DNA of 32,000 nucleotides from contig OY969902.1 of the NCBI GenBank assembly GCA_963704435.1, positions 360,001-392,000 of the forward strand, given 5' to 3'. Shown here piece after piece: positions 1-9,600 of this stretch (positions within the stretch are counted from its first letter, which is position 1; each line of letters begins with the position of its first letter). The notes under the pieces were generated by a model. That model made no database searches. It saw only the letters and a program-made list of their open reading frames with translations, and was not told where the DNA came from. Both the position numbers and the translations under genes were made by a program. Source of the DNA: an uncultured archaeon (GTDB lineage Archaea; Micrarchaeota; Micrarchaeia; Micrarchaeales; CABMGC01).

Positions 1-1
1 G

Positions 2-58
2 GAGGTCACGGAAAGGATACGGCGCTTCAAGGAGGAGCCCGAGAGCATGTACAGATGA
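2..58 (+). CDS. C-terminal tail of an upstream CDS truncated by the window edge (EVTERIRRFKEEPESMYR*)
   Basis: Open from the window edge in frame 2, ending TGA at 56-58, just upstream of the eS6 region. Confidence 0.35.
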   Translation, partial: EVTERIRRFKEEPESMYR

Positions 59-129
59 CGCTGATTTGAGGTGTTTTCATAAAAATAGTATATTCGGATG
101 CGAAGAGCGGAAGGACGGCGCAGACGGAG

Positions 130-489
130 GTGCCGAAGGACAGGGAAGCGATGCTCATAGGCAGGAAGATGGGCGAGACCGTCGAAGGCTCGCTCATAGG
201 GCTCGAGGGCTACAAGCTCACGATAACCGGCCTGAGCGACAAGACGGGCGCGCCGTCAAGGAGGGAGGTCGAGTTCAGCAGGAAGGCGTCGCTGCTGCTA
301 AGCGGCGGGCCGGGCATAAGGCATCCCAAGAAGGGCGTCAGGGTCAGGAGGCTCGTCAGGGGCAACACGATAAGCGTCGACACCGAGCAGATAAACACGG
401 TGATAGCTGAGTACGGGCCCAAGGGCGTCGACGAGATATTCCCGAAGAAGGCCAAGCCTGAGGGCAAGACGGAGGGGGAGAAGGCCTAG
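130..489 (+). CDS. rps6e: 30S ribosomal protein eS6 (S6e); true N-terminus probably extends upstream to about position 79
   Basis: MLIGRKMGETVEGSLIGLEGYKLTITGLSDKTGAPSRREV...LLLSGGPGIRHPKKGVRVRRLVRGNTISVDTEQIN matches the S6e family signature. The in-frame upstream peptide IKIVYSDAKSGRTAQTEV matches the expected S6e N-terminus. Confidence 0.93.
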   Translation: MPKDREAMLIGRKMGETVEGSLIGLEGYKLTITGLSDKTGAPSRREVEFSRKASLLLSGGPGIRHPKKGVRVRRLVRGNTISVDTEQINTVIAEYGPKGVDEIFPKKAKPEGKTEGEKA

Positions 490-500
490 GCCTTCGACTG

Positions 501-1727
501 ATGTTTATGGACGATTTCCCGAAGCAGAGCCAGCTGAACATAGGCACGCTGGGCCACGTCGACCACGGAAAGACGACGCTAACGTACGCGATAACGCACG
601 TGTGGACCGACGTCCACAGCGAGAGCATAAAGCGCAGCATGACGATAAAGCTCGGGTACTCGGACGCGGTGATATACCTGTGCGGCGACGCGGCGGGGGC
701 CGCGGCCTACACCACCAGCGAGAAGTGCAAGAACGGGAAGCCGTCCAGGCCGGTGCGCAGGATATCCCTGCTCGACGCGCCCGGACACGAGACCCTCATG
801 GCCACCGCGATAGCCGGCTCGAACATAATCGACGCCGCGCTCTTCGTGATAGCCGCGACGGAGCCGTGCCCGATGGCGCAGACCAAGGAGCACCTCATGC
901 TGATAAACGCGCTGGGCATAAAGAAGGTGATAGTCGTCCAGACCAAGGTCGACATAGTGGGCAGGGAGCAGGCGCTCAAGCACCACGCGCAGATAACGAA
1001 CTTCCTGAAGGGGAGCAGCATCGAGGACGCGGAGATAATACCAGTGATGGCGAACAAGAACATAAACGTCGACGCGGTGCTCGAGGCGATTGCCAAGATC
1101 GAGATGCCGGTCAGGGATACGACGTCCGAGCCCTCGATGTACGTCGCGAGGTCGTTCGACGTGAATAGGCCGGGCACCAAGACAAAGGACCTGCGCGGAG
1201 GCGTCGTGGGGGGCTCGATAATACGCGGGAAGTTCAAGGTCGGGGACGAGATAGAGATAAGGCCGGGGATAAACGCATCGAAGGAGAAGCAGAAGAGGGA
1301 GGTCTATACACCGATAATAACGAAGATAGAGAGCCTGCTCGCCGGGAAGGACGAGCTCGACGAGGCGATCGCCGGCGGGCTGATCGCCGTAGGGACCGGC
1401 CTCGACCCGTCGCTCACGAAGGCGGACGCGCTCGTGGGTCAGGTCGTCGGGCGGGCGGGCAAGCTGCCCGAGTGCGTCAACGACATCGAGATAAAGTACT
1501 CGTCGCTGGACAGGAGCGACCTGCCCAAGCAGGCGTTCAGGCCCAATGAGCCGCTGCTCCTTGGCATAGGGACCGGCACGAACGTGGGATACGTGAAGAC
1601 CGCGAAGAAGGGCGCGCTCGGGATAGAGCTGAGGCACCCCGCATGCATAGACAGGAACACGAAGATCTCGATACTCAGGAACTTCTCACAGAGATGGCAC
1701 CTGTCGGGATACGGGACGCCTGCATAA
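501..1727 (+). CDS. eif2g: Translation initiation factor aIF2 subunit gamma
   Basis: GTPase motifs GHVDHGKTTL, DAPGHETLMATAI and VVQTKVD; aIF2-gamma specific features (SIKRSMTIKLGYSDA, EPSMYVARSFDVNRPGT, C-terminal RWHLSGYG). Confidence 0.95.
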   Translation: MFMDDFPKQSQLNIGTLGHVDHGKTTLTYAITHVWTDVHSESIKRSMTIKLGYSDAVIYLCGDAAGAAAYTTSEKCKNGKPSRPVRRISLLDAPGHETLMATAIAGSNIIDAALFVIAATEPCPMAQTKEHLMLINALGIKKVIVVQTKVDIVGREQALKHHAQITNFLKGSSIEDAEIIPVMANKNINVDAVLEAIAKIEMPVRDTTSEPSMYVARSFDVNRPGTKTKDLRGGVVGGSIIRGKFKVGDEIEIRPGINASKEKQKREVYTPIITKIESLLAGKDELDEAIAGGLIAVGTGLDPSLTKADALVGQVVGRAGKLPECVNDIEIKYSSLDRSDLPKQAFRPNEPLLLGIGTGTNVGYVKTAKKGALGIELRHPACIDRNTKISILRNFSQRWHLSGYGTPA

Positions 1728-1735
1728 GGATGGCT

Positions 1736-2722
1736 TCAGCCGATGCCTAGCTTCTTCGCCTTCCTTCCTATCTCTTCGACGAACAGCTGCCTCTCCCTTT
1801 CGCTGCCGAGTCCGTATTTCTTCGGGACGCTGAATCCGGATGCGTGTGGGTGCCCCCCTCCACCGAACGCCATGGCAAGCTTCGATATGTCATTCCTCTT
1901 GCTCCTCACGCCGGCGCTGCGCCTGCGGGTCTTGATGAAAATTGCTACGTCCGAATGAGCCCTTGCCATTATGGCCGCACATGCGTCATTGGTGTCTACC
2001 AGATTCCTGGAGGAAAATCCGACCGCGACGTTGCTCGACGCGGAGCGCATGGTCTTCAGCATGATGGCAATCGCGCTCCCGCTGAGCGCATCGTACCTCG
2101 ATGCGGCCTCCCGTATCCTGCCGTCAATGAACCTTCCGGAGGCGATCACATCGACCATGTGCCTCAGGTTCCTCTGCATAGCTTCGTATGTGACGGCCGC
2201 ATGGAGATAGCTGGCTCCGGAAGAGTAGCTCCTGCCAAGGTCGATGGCCCAGGAGCTCTTCTGCGGCTTTGCAAAATCTATGTGGTGCACCACGTCTACG
2301 AACTTCCTTACGAAAGCGCCGTCGACCCCGGTGTATTTCATGACGATCTCGGTTGCGCACGCGCGGCTGTTCTCCCCGACTATCGCGGTGCTGCACTCGC
2401 GCGCTACAGCGTCAATCGCACGGTCCGACCAGGGATGGTGGTCCAGCCAGACGACGAACCCTCCCTTCCGCTTTACCGACTTTACGAACCCCGACAGCAG
2501 GGCTATTGAGGATTCATTGCAGCTGAGATCGGTCACGTAGAGCGTCGTGCCTTTCCCGCATAGTTTCAGTACTCTCCGCGTGGCGTTCTCGATATCTTCC
2601 TTTGAGGGTTCCGAGAAGAAGATGTTCTTCGATTCGATTCCATAGCCCATCTTCAGCAGCGCGGCGCTGCCGACCCCGTCGGCGTCCGTGTGCGTCAGCA
2701 CTATTTCATACGCAATGGCCAT
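1736..2722 (-). CDS. DHH/DHHA1-family phosphoesterase, copy A (ORF track start 2740; MAIAYEIVLTHTDADG start at 2722 preferred)
   Basis: THTDADGVG, VVWLDHHPWSD, VHHIDFA and C-terminal GGGGHPHASGF motifs. Confidence 0.85.
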   Translation of the reverse strand: MAIAYEIVLTHTDADGVGSAALLKMGYGIESKNIFFSEPSKEDIENATRRVLKLCGKGTTLYVTDLSCNESSIALLSGFVKSVKRKGGFVVWLDHHPWSDRAIDAVARECSTAIVGENSRACATEIVMKYTGVDGAFVRKFVDVVHHIDFAKPQKSSWAIDLGRSYSSGASYLHAAVTYEAMQRNLRHMVDVIASGRFIDGRIREAASRYDALSGSAIAIMLKTMRSASSNVAVGFSSRNLVDTNDACAAIMARAHSDVAIFIKTRRRSAGVRSKRNDISKLAMAFGGGGHPHASGFSVPKKYGLGSERERQLFVEEIGRKAKKLGIG

Positions 2723-2770
2723 GCGATGTATCTGCAGCAAAACAATTAGAGCCCATCGGTGCGCGCGGCC

Positions 2771-3814
2771 CTATGCGGGCTCAGCGACGCAGATCGGCTC
2801 GGCGAGCATGCCGAGCTCCTCCGCCTTGAGCCTTATCCTCTCGACCAGCCTGCGCCTCCACGCCTCCACTCCATGGCTCGGCGGCCTCTCGACCTGGAAC
2901 CCCGCGGCGTGAGGATGGCCTCCTCCACCCAGCTTGCGGGCCAGGCCGATGATATCCCATCCGTCGTTGCACCTGATGCTGACGTTTCCGTCGTCCTTTA
3001 CAAGTATCCCTATGTCGGCCCCGGTCCTCGCGAGTATCTCCGCGCAGGCCTCGCTCGATTCCACCGCCTTTGAGAACCCCACCGAGATCCTGCCGGAGAT
3101 CGCGTATAGGCCTTCCAGCATCGCGGCTATCCTCTCGGAGTTGAGCCTCTCGAACCTCCGCGAGGTTATGAACATGCGCTCGTCAATGAAGCGCCCCGAG
3201 GCGAGGACACCCACGACGTGCCTGAACTCCATCTGCCTTTCCTTGCGGGAGCCCAGCGTGTTGATGCTCTCCATGCAGTATCCGTACGCGCGTATCGTCT
3301 CCGCCGACCCGAGCCCCATGTCAAGGGCCCCCGACCCTCCGACTGACCATTCGCCCTCGGGCGCGACCTGGAAGTCGGCGCAGTGCACGAGCTTCCCGAG
3401 GCCAGCTTCGAAATCTCCGCAGAGACGCAGGTACCTCCTTGCCAGCTCGGTCGCGCACTCCCGGCTCTCTCCGACCACGGCGAGGTCGCACTGCCTCGCT
3501 ATCGCCTCGGCCCTGCAGCTGCAGTCGTGGTGGTCGATCCACGCGACATGCGCCCCTTTGCCCTTCATGTTCCTGACCAGCCCGGAGAACGTGTCCGCCG
3601 CGCTTCCGCCGGTAGTTATATCGAGCAGGAATAAAGTGGTGCCCTCTCCGCTGGCCCTACGGACACCCTCCATCGCGTCCGCCAGCCTGTCCGGGAGGTA
3701 GTCCACGGGGAAGACGTTATTGACGTCCGTGCCGCACTTCCTGACGACCATCGCGGCCGCGGCCGCGCCGTCTATGTCGTTGTGGGTGATGACTACTGTT
3801 CCCGCTGGCTTCAT
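2771..3814 (-). CDS. DHH/DHHA1-family phosphoesterase, copy B (ORF track start 3838)
   Basis: THNDIDGAAAA, VAWIDHHDCSC, VHCADF and GGGGHPHAAGF motifs; tandem paralogue of the preceding gene. Confidence 0.85.
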   Translation of the reverse strand: MKPAGTVVITHNDIDGAAAAAMVVRKCGTDVNNVFPVDYLPDRLADAMEGVRRASGEGTTLFLLDITTGGSAADTFSGLVRNMKGKGAHVAWIDHHDCSCRAEAIARQCDLAVVGESRECATELARRYLRLCGDFEAGLGKLVHCADFQVAPEGEWSVGGSGALDMGLGSAETIRAYGYCMESINTLGSRKERQMEFRHVVGVLASGRFIDERMFITSRRFERLNSERIAAMLEGLYAISGRISVGFSKAVESSEACAEILARTGADIGILVKDDGNVSIRCNDGWDIIGLARKLGGGGHPHAAGFQVERPPSHGVEAWRRRLVERIRLKAEELGMLAEPICVAEPA

Positions 3815-3872
3815 GCATGCTATTGCGCGGAGAAACAATTAGAGTCTTTCGTTCCGGCAAGGAGAAATAGTA

Positions 3873-3899
3873 GGTCCGGACTTGGGGGAAGTCCGGACC
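3873..3899. promoter_or_regulatory. Perfect 11-bp stem / 5-nt loop hairpin GGTCCGGACTT-GGGGG-AAGTCCGGACC
   Basis: Read directly; lies between the start of DHH copy B and the stop of the winged-helix gene. A smaller CCTCC-TTAC-GGAGG hairpin follows at about 3905-3918. Confidence 0.7.
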
Positions 3900-3909
3900 C
3901 AAAGCCTCC

Positions 3910-4392
3910 TTACGGAGGAGATACAATTAGTGTATTGGTCGCCTTGCCAGCATCATACCTGTAGTAAACCTTGTGACCCAGCTGGAGCCTGTCTAGCAGG
4001 CCCGCCTTGTGCAGCCGGTTGAGCCGCGCGCACGCGGCGTTGTTGCCCCTGTAGTTCATGAAAGCCCTGACCTCGTCCGCGCAGGCCATTCCCTTCGCCT
4101 GGACGAAGTTTATCATCTTCGCGTCCACTCCCGAGAGCGGCACTTCCCTGTTTCCCGTGACGTAGTCCTCCTTCGAGCCGAGCTCCATCGCGCTGACCTC
4201 CTCCTCGAGCGTCTTTATCCTGAGCGTTATGCCCTCGAGCAGGCGGTTCGTCCTTCCCCTCTCATCTATGAGATACTTCACCAGGGCGGATGCGTCTGCG
4301 CTGGCCGGAAGCTCCGCGTGGCTGGACTCGCTGACCCTCTTTAGCTCGTCCCTGAGCCCCAGGATCTCCCTCTCCAGCTGCACGTTGTCCAT
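3910..4392 (-). CDS. Coiled-coil plus winged-helix-like putative transcriptional regulator
   Basis: 160 aa; N-terminal heptad-like region, C-terminal ADEVRAFMNYRGNNAACARLNRLHKAGLLDRLQLGHKVYYRY typical of a winged-helix domain. Confidence 0.6.
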   Translation of the reverse strand: MDNVQLEREILGLRDELKRVSESSHAELPASADASALVKYLIDERGRTNRLLEGITLRIKTLEEEVSAMELGSKEDYVTGNREVPLSGVDAKMINFVQAKGMACADEVRAFMNYRGNNAACARLNRLHKAGLLDRLQLGHKVYYRYDAGKATNTLIVSPP

Positions 4393-4539
4393 TGCGCCAC
4401 TCCCATCCAGACTCTTTCATGATGCCTTTGTAACGGCTTCACGATTCTTGCACGGTTTTTTCATGAAAGAATCATGAAGTAATCATAGTTAGTTCCTATA
4501 AGATATTTAAACGTTGCGTTTTTCGCGCGATATTCGGCC

Positions 4540-4690
4540 GCGCATAGACCACTGCAGGGACCCGGTGCTGTCGCCGAAAGCGAAGGAATATCGGAAGTTC
4601 CGGTGCCCTTGGACTTCCGGTAAGCCACTGCGATGGTTCATCTCACTTATAGGGGCGCTTAGGTCAAGGGCCCTATCATTGAAACACTAG
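4540..4690 (+). ncRNA. Candidate structured non-coding RNA (class unknown)
   Basis: AT-rich TATA-like agatatttaa (4501-4510) upstream of a GC-rich non-coding segment with predicted stems TCGC/GCGA (4571-4574/4580-4583), CGGAAGT/ACTTCCG (4592-4598/4613-4619) and ATAGGG/CCCTAT (4649-4654/4671-4676). Confidence 0.3.
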
Positions 4691-4779
4691 CCGAGTCAAG
4701 TTATAAAAACCCTACGTTTTTAGCAGTAGTTGTAAGATTATTAATCTGTTACTTCGAATAAACAACTAGGTGGATTTGA

Positions 4780-5031
4780 ATGGACAGTGCGACTATTGAA
4801 GAATCCAAGATGTTGGATCAATATGACGCAAATTTCAAGTGGTTCTTCAAGAATCTTAACAGTCTTAGGAAGGAATACAAGGACACGTATGTCGCAGTTA
4901 GCGGAAGGAGAGTAGTCGGAGAGGGAAAGAATATCGATAAGCTCCATCAGAAGCTTGAAGCTTCAGGAATACCTTTGGAGACTGCTTTCATAAGGTTCGT
5001 TTCCGCTGAAAATGTCCTCGCAATCCTGTGA
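4780..5031 (+). CDS. DUF5678-like small protein
   Basis: FKWFFKNLNSLRKEYKDTYVAVSGRRVVGEGKNIDKLHQKLEASGI...FIRFVSAENVLAIL matches the DUF5678 pattern as I remember it. Confidence 0.55.
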   Translation: MDSATIEESKMLDQYDANFKWFFKNLNSLRKEYKDTYVAVSGRRVVGEGKNIDKLHQKLEASGIPLETAFIRFVSAENVLAIL

Positions 5032-5135
5032 TTTTGTGGCAAAGTTCGCTTTGCAAGAGGCGGAGTGGGAAATGGAAACGACAAAACGGGACGAAAATGG
5101 AATAAGACACCTAAAATAGTATATAAGGTAATTAG

Positions 5136-5792
5136 ATGAACCTTGATTTCCTGGAATGGATAGAGCATGCTGGCTTCATGCTGCGCATCGGAAGCTCAGT
5201 CGCGTACATCGACCCCTTCAGACTGAACGGGAAGAAGGAGCGCGCCGACGTCGTCTTCATAACGCATCCGCACTTCGACCATCTCAGCGTAAAGGACATA
5301 GACAAGGTAGCGGGGCCGAGCACCCTCTTCGTCGCGCCAAAGGGTTCCGAAGAGCAGCTGGCCGGAAGGGACTTTCGCATCGTCGAGCCCGGGAAGAAGT
5401 ATGAGGTAGGCGGAATCGCGTTCGAGACGGTCGCGGCATACAACAACAAGCCAGAGAGGCTGAAGTTCCACCCCAAGGCGAATGGGTGGGTCGGATATGT
5501 GATAGATGCCGGTGGAAAAAGGGTCTACCACGCGGGGGACACCGATCTCACTGATGAGATGAGGAAGGTCAGCGCAGACATGGCGCTGATTCCGATGGGC
5601 GGGACGTACACGATGGGAATCGACGAGGCGGCGGAGGCAGCGAATGCGATCCGCGCGGGCAAGGTTGCGCCCATGCACTACAAGGCGCACTTCGGCAGGG
5701 ACGGCTACAAACGCGCAGAGGAGGAGTTCATGAAGAAGGCCAGGAACGGGATAATACTCAATCAGGTCCAGGAGCCGTACTTCTCAGAGTAG
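5136..5792 (+). CDS. Metallo-beta-lactamase fold metal-dependent hydrolase (UlaG/UPF0173-like)
   Basis: VVFITHPHFDHLS, AGDTDLTDEM, MAPMHYKAHF. Confidence 0.85.
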   Translation: MNLDFLEWIEHAGFMLRIGSSVAYIDPFRLNGKKERADVVFITHPHFDHLSVKDIDKVAGPSTLFVAPKGSEEQLAGRDFRIVEPGKKYEVGGIAFETVAAYNNKPERLKFHPKANGWVGYVIDAGGKRVYHAGDTDLTDEMRKVSADMALIPMGGTYTMGIDEAAEAANAIRAGKVAPMHYKAHFGRDGYKRAEEEFMKKARNGIILNQVQEPYFSE

Positions 5793-6567
5793 GCCCGATC
5801 CTCTTAGCCAGCGAGAGCAGTTCATCTGGGGAGAGCTTGAACACCCGCTCGTCCTTCTCTGCCAGGCGCTGAGCCAGGGCGTCCGCGGCCTCGCGCCCGC
5901 CGGCCAGGTGACGGAAGGAATCGCGCAGCGCGTTCCTCACGGTCTTCTTCTTGTGCTGCATGAGCAGGGCTATCGCCTCCCTGTCCTCATCGCTGATGGA
6001 CACCGCCTTCGGCTTCATGTAGACGAGGGCAGAGTCGACCTTCGGCACCGGCTCGAAGTTGCCCCTGCCCACATCCATGATCTTCGTGATGCTGAGGCAG
6101 AGCTGCGACATCACGCTGAGCCGGGAATAGTTGCGCGTGCCGGGCGAGGCGGTCATGCGCTCCACGAACTCCTTCTGCAGGTAGAGAACCGCCTCGAGCC
6201 TGCGGCCTATGACGAAGTCGATCACCTTGCTGGACAGGTCGTACGGCACGTTCGATATCATTATGTCGACCTGGCCGATGCCCAGCTCATCGTCGCTGGC
6301 CTTGAAGAAGTCCTTGTTCACCAGGCGCAGGTTGCCGATTCCCTCTCGGCTGAGGGCTGAGAAGAGGTTCCGGTCTATCTCCACGGCCACGACGGATTTC
6401 GCGAACCTGCACAGCTCGCGCGTGAGCATCCCGTATCCGGGACCCAGCTCGAGGACGCGCCTGCCGCGCGCATGCTCCGCCGCGGGGACCGCGATGTACC
6501 TGTTGTTGAGGAAGCACTGGCCGAGGGACTTCCGCGGCCTGAGGAATACCTGGCGTCTTTCGAACAT
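5758..6567 (-). CDS. ksgA: 16S rRNA dimethyladenosine transferase (KsgA/Dim1/RsmA)
   Basis: RKSLGQCFLNN, VLELGPGYGMLTREL, VVAVEID, ISNVPYDLSSKVI. Its 3' end overlaps that of the hydrolase gene. Confidence 0.92.
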   Translation of the reverse strand: MFERRQVFLRPRKSLGQCFLNNRYIAVPAAEHARGRRVLELGPGYGMLTRELCRFAKSVVAVEIDRNLFSALSREGIGNLRLVNKDFFKASDDELGIGQVDIMISNVPYDLSSKVIDFVIGRRLEAVLYLQKEFVERMTASPGTRNYSRLSVMSQLCLSITKIMDVGRGNFEPVPKVDSALVYMKPKAVSISDEDREAIALLMQHKKKTVRNALRDSFRHLAGGREAADALAQRLAEKDERVFKLSPDELLSLAKRIGPTLRSTAPGPD

Positions 6568-6623
6568 ATTTTATTACCTGCGTTCCATGTTTATTGGCGC
6601 GTCAAGGCTTATAGGCTTGTAAG

Positions 6624-9600
6624 ATGCAGGAGGATGCGATGGAGAGGAGCGGGAACGGGGTCAGGGCGCAGTCCGCGCTGGAGTTCCTCATGACATACAG
6701 CTTCCTGATAACGATAATAGTCTTCGTGATGAGCGTCGTCCTGATCGTCGCGCTATCTACCGCATCCGTGGTGCCGTCGCAGTGCACCTCGTTCGGAGGG
6801 CCGTCCTGCAACTTCGTGTCGGTCTACTCGAACACAACCGTGGGATACTCGGTGGTGACCCTTTCGATATCAAACTCGCAGAGCGTCCCGATAAACGTTA
6901 CCAACGCGACAGTGACGGTCGGACCGAAGACGTACCTGGGCGCGTGCGCTCCACAATACCTCTACCCGGGGCAGAGCGCCACCTGCCTGGTAAACCTGAC
7001 AACGATGCAGCGGGCGGGGGCGCTCATTCACGGCACCTACGACATCAACGCCATATACTGCAACACAGGCATATCGTCGGTCTCCAAAGGCGGATGCGAC
7101 GTGCCAAGCCTGGCTAACGGCCAGATGGTCTCATACAGCGGCTCATTCTCGGCGGTGCCATCAATATACGAAGCGGCGATCTTCAGCGTGACCGCCGCGC
7201 AGGGACCGAAGAGCCTGCAGTTCCTTCCCTACTCTGCGATAAGCGGGAGCAACACGCTTCCGCTGAACTTCACGCCCGTGCAGAACGGGGATTGGGTAAG
7301 CAACCTGACTAGAGGGAAGATAGCATACTCCTTCGCGACCCAGGGCAGCCAATACATAGGAACCATATATCTTGGGCGCAACACCATAGCGTTCCCGCAG
7401 TCGCTGTCTGCGCTGGGAAACGGAAACATCGCATGCTCCGGCGCGCCCTACAACTCGGTGCTGTCCACGGCGTCGACGTGCATCTACCTCAATGCATCAT
7501 CCACGAACGCCAACGTGACGCTGTACACCAACAATCCAGCTGAAGTGTACTACGGACTCATGCAGCCAAACAATCCGGGGAGCGCGATAAGCTGGAAGGC
7601 CATCTTCAATGGGGGTGCGTGGACCAGCGGGGGTGCCCAACAATACGGACCTGCGCTCATCAAGCTGCAGAGGGGCACATACTGCTTCGAGGCAGTGTGG
7701 TCCAACGTGTGCGGGGGCGGACTGCAATCCCTGGCGATCACGATACCTGGATTCGGAACGATAATGAACACATCGACACTGACGACATCAAGCACAGTCA
7801 CGACCTCAGTCACGGTGACAGCGACGACGTCTACGACAACCGCGACGACCACCGCGGGCTGCACGCTCGCTGGCGTGACGGGCACGATACAGGTCGGAGG
7901 AAACCCGTATGGCGTCGCGTTCTCTCCTGATGGGACCTTTGCGTATACGACCAATTATGGCCCCGACACCCTCTCGATGATAAGCACCGCGACCAACTCT
8001 GTCGTAAACACGATCGGGGCGGGACCCGGGGTTACCAACCCTGACGGCATCGCGTTCGTGCCGGGAAGCAGCACATGGGCATACTTCGCGGACTCCTCCG
8101 GCCTCGGAACGATCTTCGTGCCTACGAACTGGGTTGTGAACCCGCTTAATTATTCGATACAGAGCCTTGATGTGCAGTTCACGCCGAGCGGCAGCGAGGC
8201 ATATGTAGTAGCCGGAACGTATGGAACCGAAGGGCGCAACGTTACTGTCATAAACACTGCAACAAGCGCGGTGGTCAACACGATCGTACTTCCGAACCAA
8301 GCAGGTCAGCCAGAGGGGGTCGCGTTCTCTCCAAACGGAAACCTAGCGTATGTTACGGATTATCTCGGAAACAAGGTTGTCGTGATAAACGTCGCGACGA
8401 ACACAGTCATAAACTCGATTTCTGTAGACGGAGAGCCAGTAGCAGTCAGCTTCGCTGACAACAACCATGCATACGTCAGTGCAGCGGGCGCCGATAAGAT
8501 TGATGTGATAAACGTCGCAACGAACGCAATGACGGCGTGCGTTATCACGGCATATATCCCTTATGGCATCACCGTTTCACCGACTGGAAATTTTGCCTTG
8601 GTCGCTACCGCTGGAAATGCCCTTATGATAAACACTGTGAGCAACACCGTGATAAATTCAATCACGACAGGGACGGGATATAATTACAGAATGGCCATTG
8701 CAGCCAACGGCAAATATGCATATCTAGGTTCTTCGGGTGGTGCAATCGGATATATCAATATCCCAGCGAACACGTTCACCACCTTGATCGCTACCGACGA
8801 AGTATCTGACATGGTGATAGACCCGACCAGCTCCACATATGTGTATGCGGCGCAGTATTATGGAGGCGGAATGATCTACAGGATTGCCACTGCTACTAAC
8901 GCCATCACCAGTTGGGGTTCGTACAAGGAGTACGGACTACACCTGGCAATCCCGTCAACCGGCGGCGTGGCGTATGAGACAGGCTACTCCTCCGCCCGCC
9001 TGAGTATCATTAATCTCGGATCGATGTCTGTAGTGCCCAGCTCAGTCGGAGCCACACCGAATGCGATTGCAGTATCGTCTTCTGGCATTTCATACGTTGT
9101 AAATGGAGGCAGCGGCACTGTCACTGTGGTCGGCCCCCCTAGTGCAGGCTATCCTGTACTAGCGACCGTGCCCGTCGGCACCGACCCATGGGGCGCGGCG
9201 GTCTCGCCCAACGGCCAATATGTCTGGGTCACCAACTACGGATCTGGCACGGTCAGCGTCATCAACACCGCGACCTACTCGGTCGTGGCCACCATCATAG
9301 TCGGCTCCAATCCTACGGGCCTCGCGCTGTCGCCCAACAGCGCCTACCTCTACGTCGCGAACTCCGGAAGCAACAGCGTGAGCGTCATCACGACTTCGAA
9401 CAATCAAGTGGTTGCTACCATACTTGTCGGGTCCAGCCCGTACGGCATCGCCGTTGCACCGACAGGCGATTATATATACGTCGCAAACCACGGGAGCGGC
9501 ACGGTCCTAGTGATCAACGCGGCCACGCTCAGCCTCGTCAACACGGTGGTCACTCCTGGAGGGACGCCGCATGCCATAGCCGCATCGCCGACGGGCAGCT

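Noticed and set aside
579-1637. 352-aa antisense ORF over aIF2-gamma
   Set aside because: Antisense shadow of a highly conserved gene; composition is not protein-like.
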